From positions 270,001 through 302,000 of the forward strand of contig CAVRAI010000007.1 in assembly GCA_963718915.1 (NCBI GenBank): a stretch of DNA of 32,000 nt, read 5' to 3'. This document shows positions 16,762 through 23,672 of the stretch, piece after piece; position 1 is the first letter of the stretch, and every line of letters begins with the position of its first letter. The position numbers and the translations under genes were made by a program. Source of the stretch: an uncultured Chloroflexia bacterium (lineage in GTDB: Bacteria > Chloroflexota > Ktedonobacteria > Ktedonobacterales > JADMIN01). Under the pieces are notes generated by a model. The model saw nothing but the letters and a program-made list of their open reading frames with translations. It had not been told where the DNA came from and did no database searches.

Positions 16762-17529
16762 ATGGCGGTAAAACGCATATTTCTCGATCCCTCGCGCTGC
16801 ATTGGCTGTCGCGCGTGCGTGGCAGCGTGTCGCGAATGCGATACCCACAAGGGCGAGAGCATGATCTTCATCGACTATATCAATCGCGAGACGACCGTCG
16901 CTACCTCGCCGACGCTGTGTATGCACTGTGAGGAGCCAGTCGCGCCGTGCGCGCAGGTCTGTCCGGCGCAGGCGATTCTCATCAGCCCCGACGGCGTTGT
17001 GCAGCAGGCGGATGAGACGCGCTGCATCAATATTCAGAACTGCGTCTACGTCTGTCCATTTGGTGTACCAAAGTTCGATGGGCCGGGACGCATCATGCGC
17101 AAGTGCAATCTCTGCTACGACCGTACCAGCGTGGGTAAGCCGCCGATGTGTACCTCTGTCTGCCCGACGCAGGCGCTCTTCTACGGCACCTACGAGGAGT
17201 GGGTTCAGGCGGGACGCGGCCAGCAGGGCGCCAAGCCGGTGAACGTCTTTTACTTTGGCCAGCAGCGCGTGCGCACCCGCAACTATGTGGTGATGCGCGA
17301 GCAGGACGACGCGCTCGACCTGATGGCGCTGGCCGAGGAGGCGCAGTTGGGCAACCTGGGGGACGTACCCATCGCGACCACCGCACAGGAGTCTGAGGAG
17401 TGGGTGGAGGCCGGGAATGCGGGCATCCCCGAACGGAGCGCGCCACCGCAGCCCTGGGCGCCCCGCACGCCGCAAGAAGTACCCGCGCAGCCTGTTCCAG
17501 CCACCACACCTGAGCCGGTTCACCAGTGA
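16762..17529 (+). CDS. four-cluster ferredoxin-type FeS subunit (DmsB/NarH-like) with Pro/Ala-rich C-terminal tail
   Basis: Four Cys groups are present: CIGCRACVAAC, CMHCEEPVAPCAQVCP, CINIQNCVYVCP (second Cys replaced by Ile) and CNLCYDRTSVGKPPMCTSVCP. RBS AGGGGAG. Confidence 0.85.
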   Translation: MAVKRIFLDPSRCIGCRACVAACRECDTHKGESMIFIDYINRETTVATSPTLCMHCEEPVAPCAQVCPAQAILISPDGVVQQADETRCINIQNCVYVCPFGVPKFDGPGRIMRKCNLCYDRTSVGKPPMCTSVCPTQALFYGTYEEWVQAGRGQQGAKPVNVFYFGQQRVRTRNYVVMREQDDALDLMALAEEAQLGNLGDVPIATTAQESEEWVEAGNAGIPERSAPPQPWAPRTPQEVPAQPVPATTPEPVHQ

Positions 17530-17642
17530 TTCAACATTCGTATCTTCTGTTCTCTAGAGCCTGCGCAGGCAGGCTTTGCGGATGTGCGAGAGCACATCCC
17601 TTAGGCGCGGCTTCAGCCGCCAGCCTGTTGTGAGGAGCAGCT

Positions 17643-18263
17643 ATGACAGATATCCACGATGACCCAGGTGGCGACAAGCCTGCGAGCGCCCAGGAGCGCA
17701 CGCCAGAAGAGATCGCGGCGGCGGAGGCTTCGCGCGCCCGTCGCGCCCGTGAGTCTGCCCGCCGGTTACGCAGCGTCGTTCAGGGCCAGCAGTGGCGCGA
17801 GGAGTTCCCGTACCACTGGCGCGCCGACGATCTGGTGACGCGGCGCGATACGCTACGTTTTCTGGTGGCGGGCAGTGGCGCGCTCTTCGTCGCGACGACC
17901 GCGCTGGCGGCCGTGGGTAGCCTGCGGTCTACCAGTAGCGTGAACGTTAAAGCAGTGGCGCGGGTAGGCGAGCTGGCGGAGAATGAGTGGCGCGTCTTCA
18001 ACTTTCCCGACCAGTACGCGCAGGGCATCCTGGTCAATCTACCGGGGAAAGGGTTGGTGGCCTACAGCGATGTCTGCACCCATCTCTCCTGCGCCGTGCT
18101 CTACCAGCCGGGGGAGCAGAAGTTCCATTGCCCCTGCCACGAGGGCTTCTTCGACGCTTTTACCGGTGATGTGCTCGCGGGGCCGCCGACGCGCCCGCTG
18201 CCAATCATCGAGCTGCGCACGAGTGGTGGAATCGTCTACGCGGTGCGGGAGGTGGAGCGATGA
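17643..18263 (+). CDS. Rieske [2Fe-2S] protein, bc-complex/arsenite-oxidase-like boxes, RR motif plus hydrophobic anchor
   Basis: Box I is CTHLSC and box II is CPCHEG, 12 residues apart. TRRDTLRFLVAGSGALFVATTALAAVG begins at residue 66, after a long charged N-terminus. RBS GAGGAG. Confidence 0.85.
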   Translation: MTDIHDDPGGDKPASAQERTPEEIAAAEASRARRARESARRLRSVVQGQQWREEFPYHWRADDLVTRRDTLRFLVAGSGALFVATTALAAVGSLRSTSSVNVKAVARVGELAENEWRVFNFPDQYAQGILVNLPGKGLVAYSDVCTHLSCAVLYQPGEQKFHCPCHEGFFDAFTGDVLAGPPTRPLPIIELRTSGGIVYAVREVER

Positions 18264-18664
18264 CGGACGAACTGGACCGGTACGACGACGAAGACCACGA
18301 CACGCCCGCCTGGGGGCAGGTCGCCGACGATGAGCAGGTGTTGATGCGCCGCCAACACCTCGCCAATCCCGACGATGCGCCGGGCTATATCACGCCAGAC
18401 GAGCACGCCAGCCATTTGCGCGGCCCCGACTTTACCGGCTCGCCGGGATTCGTCGCCATCGTGCAGGGGCAGGTCTATCTGGTCGCCGCTATCCTGATCA
18501 TACAGCTATTCCTCATCACCACCGGGCTATTCGAGCTATTATCTGGCCGGGCAAGCGTCCTTTGGTGGATTGCCGGGGCCAGCCTGATTGCCTTCCTGAT
18601 TGCCCTGCTGATTATGCTCTGGCCACGCAGGCGTCTCCTCGGTAGCTCTCAGGCCAGCAGATAG
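18260..18664 (+). CDS. small membrane protein (acidic N-terminus, 2 TM helices), translationally coupled to the Rieske gene
   Basis: ATGA start/stop overlap at 18260-18263. The TM segments are VYLVAAILIIQLFLITTGLF and VLWWIAGASLIAFLIALLIMLW. No family recognised. Confidence 0.6.
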   Translation: MTDELDRYDDEDHDTPAWGQVADDEQVLMRRQHLANPDDAPGYITPDEHASHLRGPDFTGSPGFVAIVQGQVYLVAAILIIQLFLITTGLFELLSGRASVLWWIAGASLIAFLIALLIMLWPRRRLLGSSQASR

Positions 18665-18679
18665 ACGACAAGGACAAGC

Positions 18680-19405
18680 ATGACGACTTCGGATCCGGGT
18701 GGCGCTGAGACACAAGAGACGCCAGCGGCGCCAGAGACGCCAGAGACGCCGGACACTTCGCGGGACGGCTATCGCATTGACAGCCAGCACCCTATCGGCG
18801 GCGAGATGTCAGACATTCTGGCAGGCCTCTTTCGCCGCTTTCAGCTCAGGTGGCTGCTGGCGCACTATGCGCGTGTGCCAATACTGGCGCTCTTCAGCTT
18901 CATCAATGGCTGTCTCAGCATTGGTATCATGGCGATGGTGGCCGTTGTCACTGGCTCGCCTTTCATCTTCCCCTCGCTTGGCCCGACGGCGTTCCTCTTC
19001 TTTTACACGCCGACCGCACCGACCGCATCCCCTCGCAACGCGCTGATTGGGCATACGATTGGCGTGGTGGCTGGCTACTTCAGCCTGGTCGTCACCGGGC
19101 TGACGATGGCGGGGCCAGCATATGCCGTCGGTGTCACCGGGCCGCGTGTGATTGCCGCCGCACTTTCGCTGGGGCTGACATCAGGACTGATGGTGTTGCT
19201 GAAGTCGCCGCATCCTCCGGCGGGCGCGACTACGCTCATCGTCTCCCTGGGCATCCTGACGCAGCCCAGGCAGCTCGTGATTCTGCTGCTCGCGGTGGTG
19301 ATGCTCACCGTGCAGGCGTTTGTCATCAATCGGCTCGCTGGCATTGATTATCCACTCTGGAGTCCCCGCCGCGACCCCTCAGGCAACCCCCTGCGCACGC
19401 GCTAA
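18680..19405 (+). CDS. HPP-family integral membrane protein
   Basis: The eponymous motif LKSPHPPAGATTLIVSLG is present, with 4-5 TM helices. Members of this family have been reported as nitrite transporters in cyanobacteria and plastids. Confidence 0.8.
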   Translation: MTTSDPGGAETQETPAAPETPETPDTSRDGYRIDSQHPIGGEMSDILAGLFRRFQLRWLLAHYARVPILALFSFINGCLSIGIMAMVAVVTGSPFIFPSLGPTAFLFFYTPTAPTASPRNALIGHTIGVVAGYFSLVVTGLTMAGPAYAVGVTGPRVIAAALSLGLTSGLMVLLKSPHPPAGATTLIVSLGILTQPRQLVILLLAVVMLTVQAFVINRLAGIDYPLWSPRRDPSGNPLRTR

Positions 19406-19425
19406 ACAGGTAAGGACTTTTTTCT

Positions 19426-20838
19426 ATGTCGACCATTGCTCCGGAACGTACTGCGCGTCGCCAGGAACCATTCTCGCGGGTTGCGCCGATGCTGGGGGCG
19501 GCGCTGCTGATTGGCGCGGGCGGCGGCTTTGTGCTGGCCAGCGTGCTGACGTTGACGCGCGCGTTCCGCGTGCCGACGGGCGTATGGTGGGTGGCGCTGG
19601 CTCAGGCGCATGGACACCTCCAGCTCTATGGCTGGGCGGGCCTCTTCGTCCTGGGCGTCGCGTTCCACTTCCTGCCGCGGCTGCGCGGCGCCGGACTGGC
19701 GTACCCACAGGCGGTTCCCTGGCTGCTAGGGATGCTGGTGGCCGGTATCGTGCTGCGGGGCATCGGCCAGCCGCTGTTCGCCGCGACGGGACTGGGTATC
19801 TGGAAGATCGCGATGGTCACCAGCGGAGCGCTCGAAGCGTTCGCGTTCCTGGGGTTTCTGACTATTGTCGTCGCGACGGCGATGCAGGGACCGAAGTTCA
19901 GCACGCGCCCGCAGTTGCAGAAGACACTTCCCTTTCTCGTCGGCATCTTCGTCAGCCTGGGTCTGGCCGCCATCATCAACCTGTTTAACGTATCATTGGC
20001 CAGCGTCGTAGCAGTCGCGGGAGTCGTGCCAGCAAGCGGCGACGCGATCAATGTGACCCTTGGCCTGCTCGGCTTCCTCGTTCCGATGGCGCTGGCGATG
20101 TCGGCGCAGACGCTGCCGATGTACGCCGGGCTGGAGCCTTTTCCGCGGAAGCTGTTCTGGCCGCTCGCCATCGGCTATTTTGGCGGGCTGGCGCTGGCGC
20201 TGGTGGGTATTGGCAGCGGCGTCGGCTGGCTGGAGGGGCTGGGCACTTTCCTGGTGGGAGCCGTGCTGTTGATTTTCGTCAGCCTCTTCATGCGGCTGAT
20301 GCGCGCGCGGGGCAAACTGCCGCAGCGGGTGGCGAAGCTGGCGCCCGAACCCGAGGCGGCGGAGCATCACTACCGGCGGCAGATATCGAGCGACCGCAGC
20401 GCCTATGGGCCATTCGTGGCGCTGGTGGCGAGCGCATACACCTGGGCGATTGTGGGTGGCGCGCTGCTGGTGATCGATGGCATTGCGGGCGTGCTGGATC
20501 TGGACGCGCCAGTCTCGCCGGATGCCGCCCGCCACAGCCTCGCCATCGGCTTTATCGCGCTGCTCATCTGCGGCATCGCGCCGCGCATGGTACCCGGCTT
20601 CTCCGGCGGCCACATCCTCTCGGCGAAGCTGGTGACGGCGACGCTCTGGCTCGGCAATAGCGCCGCGATTCTGCGGGTGGGATCGCTGCTCATCGCGCCA
20701 CTGCTCGATGCGCTCGGCCCGGCTGGCGCGTTGGTGGATTCGCTGCTGTTCGGCCTCTCGGGACCACTGGGCCTGGCGCTGGCCATCTGCCTGGCGGTGA
20801 ACCTCTGGCCAGCGCTCTTTCCGAAGGATCATCGCTGA
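19426..20838 (+). CDS. NnrS-like polytopic membrane protein
   Basis: About 12 TM helices over ~470 aa. AQAHGHLQLYGWAGLFVLGVAFHFLPR resembles the conserved HxHxxxFGW...GFL..A.P block of NnrS. RBS TAAGGA. Confidence 0.55.
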   Translation: MSTIAPERTARRQEPFSRVAPMLGAALLIGAGGGFVLASVLTLTRAFRVPTGVWWVALAQAHGHLQLYGWAGLFVLGVAFHFLPRLRGAGLAYPQAVPWLLGMLVAGIVLRGIGQPLFAATGLGIWKIAMVTSGALEAFAFLGFLTIVVATAMQGPKFSTRPQLQKTLPFLVGIFVSLGLAAIINLFNVSLASVVAVAGVVPASGDAINVTLGLLGFLVPMALAMSAQTLPMYAGLEPFPRKLFWPLAIGYFGGLALALVGIGSGVGWLEGLGTFLVGAVLLIFVSLFMRLMRARGKLPQRVAKLAPEPEAAEHHYRRQISSDRSAYGPFVALVASAYTWAIVGGALLVIDGIAGVLDLDAPVSPDAARHSLAIGFIALLICGIAPRMVPGFSGGHILSAKLVTATLWLGNSAAILRVGSLLIAPLLDALGPAGALVDSLLFGLSGPLGLALAICLAVNLWPALFPKDHR

Positions 20839-20870
20839 AGTTAGCTCCACGTCGCGTCTCTCCGCGTACA

Positions 20871-20887
20871 GTGTGGTAAAACCACAC
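20871..20887. other. perfect 17-nt palindrome GTGTGGT-AAA-ACCACAC
   Basis: It lies 33 nt after the nnrS-like stop and 134 nt before the first LAL regulator start. It could be a weak terminator stem or a dimeric-regulator operator. Confidence 0.3.
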
Positions 20888-21020
20888 ATGTCGGGCATGA
20901 AAGCCGCACATCACGCGCCACTATGTTGTAGTCTGAGGACGTATAGGTATACGAATATGCAGGCGGATGACGTTCTGCCGCGAACGAGCACAGGCGCGCT
21001 TGCGGAGGAGAGGTGGCCCG

Positions 21021-23633
21021 ATGGCGGTGGACTTACTGGAGCGCGACCCCTTCTTGCTGACGCTAGACGACCTGCTGCGCCAGGCCGGTGAAGGGCGAGG
21101 GCGCGTCGCACTGATTAGCGGTGAGGCGGGCATCGGCAAGACATCGCTGGTGGAGTGGTTTCTTGAGCGGCATCAGGGGACGACGCGCACACTCTGGGGC
21201 GCATGTGAGGCGCTCTTTACGCCGCGCCCATTAGGCCCGCTGTACGACATCGCGCGGCAGACGAAGGCTCCCTTGCGTACGCTCCTCGCTGGTGATGCGA
21301 ACCGTGCATCGCTCTTTGCCGCAGTGCTCGATGAGCTTAGCCACGACCGCGCGCCGACCATCGTGGTGATCGAAGATATTCACTGGGCGGATGAGGCGAC
21401 GCTCGACCTGATTAAGTTTCTGGCCCGACGTATTCAACGCACATCAGCCCTCCTCATCCTGACCTACCGTGACGATGAGCTTACCAAAGACCACCCGCTT
21501 CGCCTCGTGCTCGGCGATCTTCCATCGGACAACGTCACGCGCGTGTGGCTGCCACCACTCTCCGAGATCGCGGTTGCCACGCTTGCCCAACAGGCAGGTC
21601 GTCCAGTGGGGAATCTTCACGCGGCCACCAGGGGTAACTCATTCTTCCTCAAAGAGGTGCTGGCAAGCGATATGCCAGGGCCGCCGACGAGTGTGCGTGA
21701 CGCGGTGCTGGCGCGGATTGCCCGCCTCTCGTACGAGGCGCAATGCTTTCTCGAACTGGCGTCCGTCGTGCCCACGAAGTTGGAATGGCGGACGGTTGAG
21801 GCGATGACTGTTGTGGATAATGTCTGGCTTGAGGAATGCCTGGCGTCCAGCATCTTGCAGCTTGAGGATGGATTACTGGACTTCCGCCATGAGCTTGCGC
21901 GTCAGGCCGTAGAGAGCACGCTGTCACCCTCACGGAAGCGGATGCTGAACGCCCAGGTGCTGCGCGTGTTCGTGGAACTCGGTGAAGGGCAGGTATCGCT
22001 GGCGCGGCTCGTGCATCATGCCACGCAGGCCGACGACCGGGAGCTGGTGCTGCGTTTTGCGCCAGAGGCGGCGCGGCAGGCATCCGCCCAGGGCGCGCAT
22101 CGTGAGGCGGCGGCGCATTATCGCACAGCGCTGCGTTACGCCAACGGCCTGGGCGATGAGCAACGGGCCGAACTGCTGGATGGCCTGTCATACGAGTGTT
22201 TGCTCACTGGTCAGGTCGACGAAGCGCTCCAAACCTGCACGGCGGCACTCGCGATCTGGCGGACGCCCGACCACACGGAGCAACTTGGGCGTATGCTCCG
22301 CCGATTATCACGAATCTCCTTGACGTTGGGCCGCAATACGGATGCGGAGAGGTATGCGGAGGAGGCGGTGGAGTTGCTGGAAACCCTGCCACCGAGTCGC
22401 GAGCTGGCCATGGCGTATGGCAACATGTCGCAATTGCGCATGCAGGTGAGTGATGATGCCAATGCTCTGCTCTGGGGCGAGCGCGCCATCGAGCTGGCCG
22501 AGCGGCTCCATGAGGGTGAGATTGTGTGTTATGCCCTTATCAGCATCGGCAGCGCTGAAGTGTGCCTGGGCGACGAAAAGGGGCAGGCCAGAATGGCGCG
22601 CGGTCTTCAGCTGGCCCTGGAACATGGCTATGAAGAGCAAGTCGCGCGCGCCTATGCCAATCTCGCCGACATCAGCGCCATGCAACGCGCCTATGCCGAG
22701 GCTACAGACTACTTAAAGGCGGGCTTAGCGTACTGCGCCGAGCATGATATGGACTCGATACGCGATAGCATGCTGGCAGTTCAGGCGCGAATTTTGCTCG
22801 ATCAGGGTGACTGGATTGGAGCGGAAGAAGGTGTCACCACGCTTTTGAGTCTCCCCCAGGCAAAAGCGTCAGATCCTACTCCAGCGCTGCTTATTCTTGG
22901 CCTGGTGCGGGCGCGGCGTGGCGACCCTGGCGTGGAGGCGGCGCTCGACGAGGCGCGTGACCTGGCGGCAGCCACGGGCGAAATGCAATTCATCTCACCC
23001 GTGGCGGCGGCGCGGGCGGAGTGGCGCTGGCTTGAGGGTGATTGCGACGGTTGCAGCGACGAAGCTGCTGTCGGCTTCCCGCTGGCATTCGCGGCGAACC
23101 GTCCTTGGTACTGGGGCGACGTGGCAATCTGGCTCTGGCGTGGTGGCAGGATGACCGAGGCGCCTGAGCGGACACCTGCTCCCTTCGCACTGGAGATCGC
23201 GGGCGACTGGCGCGCGGCGGCGGATGCCTGGGAGCGGATCGGGTGTCCCTACGAGCAGGCGCTGGCGCTTATGGGCGGCGATGAGACGGCCCAACGCAAC
23301 GCCCTGGCGATATTTGAGCGATTGGGCGCGCGCCCCGCCGCCGAGATCGTGCGACAGCGGTTGCGTTCGGCAGGCGTGCGTGGCTTGCCCCGTGGCCCGC
23401 GCTCCACCACCCGCGAGAATCCGTACGGCCTGACCAGCCGCCAACTCGAGATTCTGCTGCTCTTGGCGGAGGGGTTGCGCAACCCGGAGATTGCCGACCG
23501 GCTCTCGACGACCCCCAAGACGGTGGAGCACCATGTCTCGGCAGTGTTGGCCAAACTCAATGTGCGCTCGCGGGCTGAGGCGGTGCGTCTGGCGTATCAG
23601 TTGGGACTGTTTCCCCAGGCCGAGCGCATCTAG
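21021..23633 (+). CDS. LAL-type regulator: AAA/STAND ATPase - TPR-like repeats - LuxR HTH
   Basis: Walker A is GEAGIGKTSLV and Walker B is IVVIEDIHWADEATLDL. A long helical repeat region follows. The C-terminus reads LTSRQLEILLLLAEGLRNPEIADRLSTTPKTVEHHVSAVLAKLNV. Start at ATG 21021 behind GGAGGAGAGG. Confidence 0.85.
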   Translation: MAVDLLERDPFLLTLDDLLRQAGEGRGRVALISGEAGIGKTSLVEWFLERHQGTTRTLWGACEALFTPRPLGPLYDIARQTKAPLRTLLAGDANRASLFAAVLDELSHDRAPTIVVIEDIHWADEATLDLIKFLARRIQRTSALLILTYRDDELTKDHPLRLVLGDLPSDNVTRVWLPPLSEIAVATLAQQAGRPVGNLHAATRGNSFFLKEVLASDMPGPPTSVRDAVLARIARLSYEAQCFLELASVVPTKLEWRTVEAMTVVDNVWLEECLASSILQLEDGLLDFRHELARQAVESTLSPSRKRMLNAQVLRVFVELGEGQVSLARLVHHATQADDRELVLRFAPEAARQASAQGAHREAAAHYRTALRYANGLGDEQRAELLDGLSYECLLTGQVDEALQTCTAALAIWRTPDHTEQLGRMLRRLSRISLTLGRNTDAERYAEEAVELLETLPPSRELAMAYGNMSQLRMQVSDDANALLWGERAIELAERLHEGEIVCYALISIGSAEVCLGDEKGQARMARGLQLALEHGYEEQVARAYANLADISAMQRAYAEATDYLKAGLAYCAEHDMDSIRDSMLAVQARILLDQGDWIGAEEGVTTLLSLPQAKASDPTPALLILGLVRARRGDPGVEAALDEARDLAAATGEMQFISPVAAARAEWRWLEGDCDGCSDEAAVGFPLAFAANRPWYWGDVAIWLWRGGRMTEAPERTPAPFALEIAGDWRAAADAWERIGCPYEQALALMGGDETAQRNALAIFERLGARPAAEIVRQRLRSAGVRGLPRGPRSTTRENPYGLTSRQLEILLLLAEGLRNPEIADRLSTTPKTVEHHVSAVLAKLNVRSRAEAVRLAYQLGLFPQAERI

Positions 23634-23672
23634 AAGTTCGACCGAAGCCTGGCTGAAAGGTGCGGTGGTCGG

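Noticed and set aside
16732-17523. 263-aa minus-strand ORF antisense to the FeS subunit gene
   Set aside because: The plus-strand frame contains four textbook ferredoxin Cys motifs. The antisense product is Arg/Leu/Ala-rich with no features.
18729-18750. Short tandem CCAGAGACG x2 at the 5' end of the HPP gene
   Set aside because: These are only two units, which encode a PETPETP low-complexity N-terminus. There is nothing beyond ordinary coding repetition.
19993-20898. 301-aa minus-strand ORF antisense to the nnrS-like gene (also 19626..20171)
   Set aside because: It has the same shadow-ORF character (poly-R/Q/E/H composition, no motifs). The plus-strand frame encodes a coherent 12-TM protein with an RBS.
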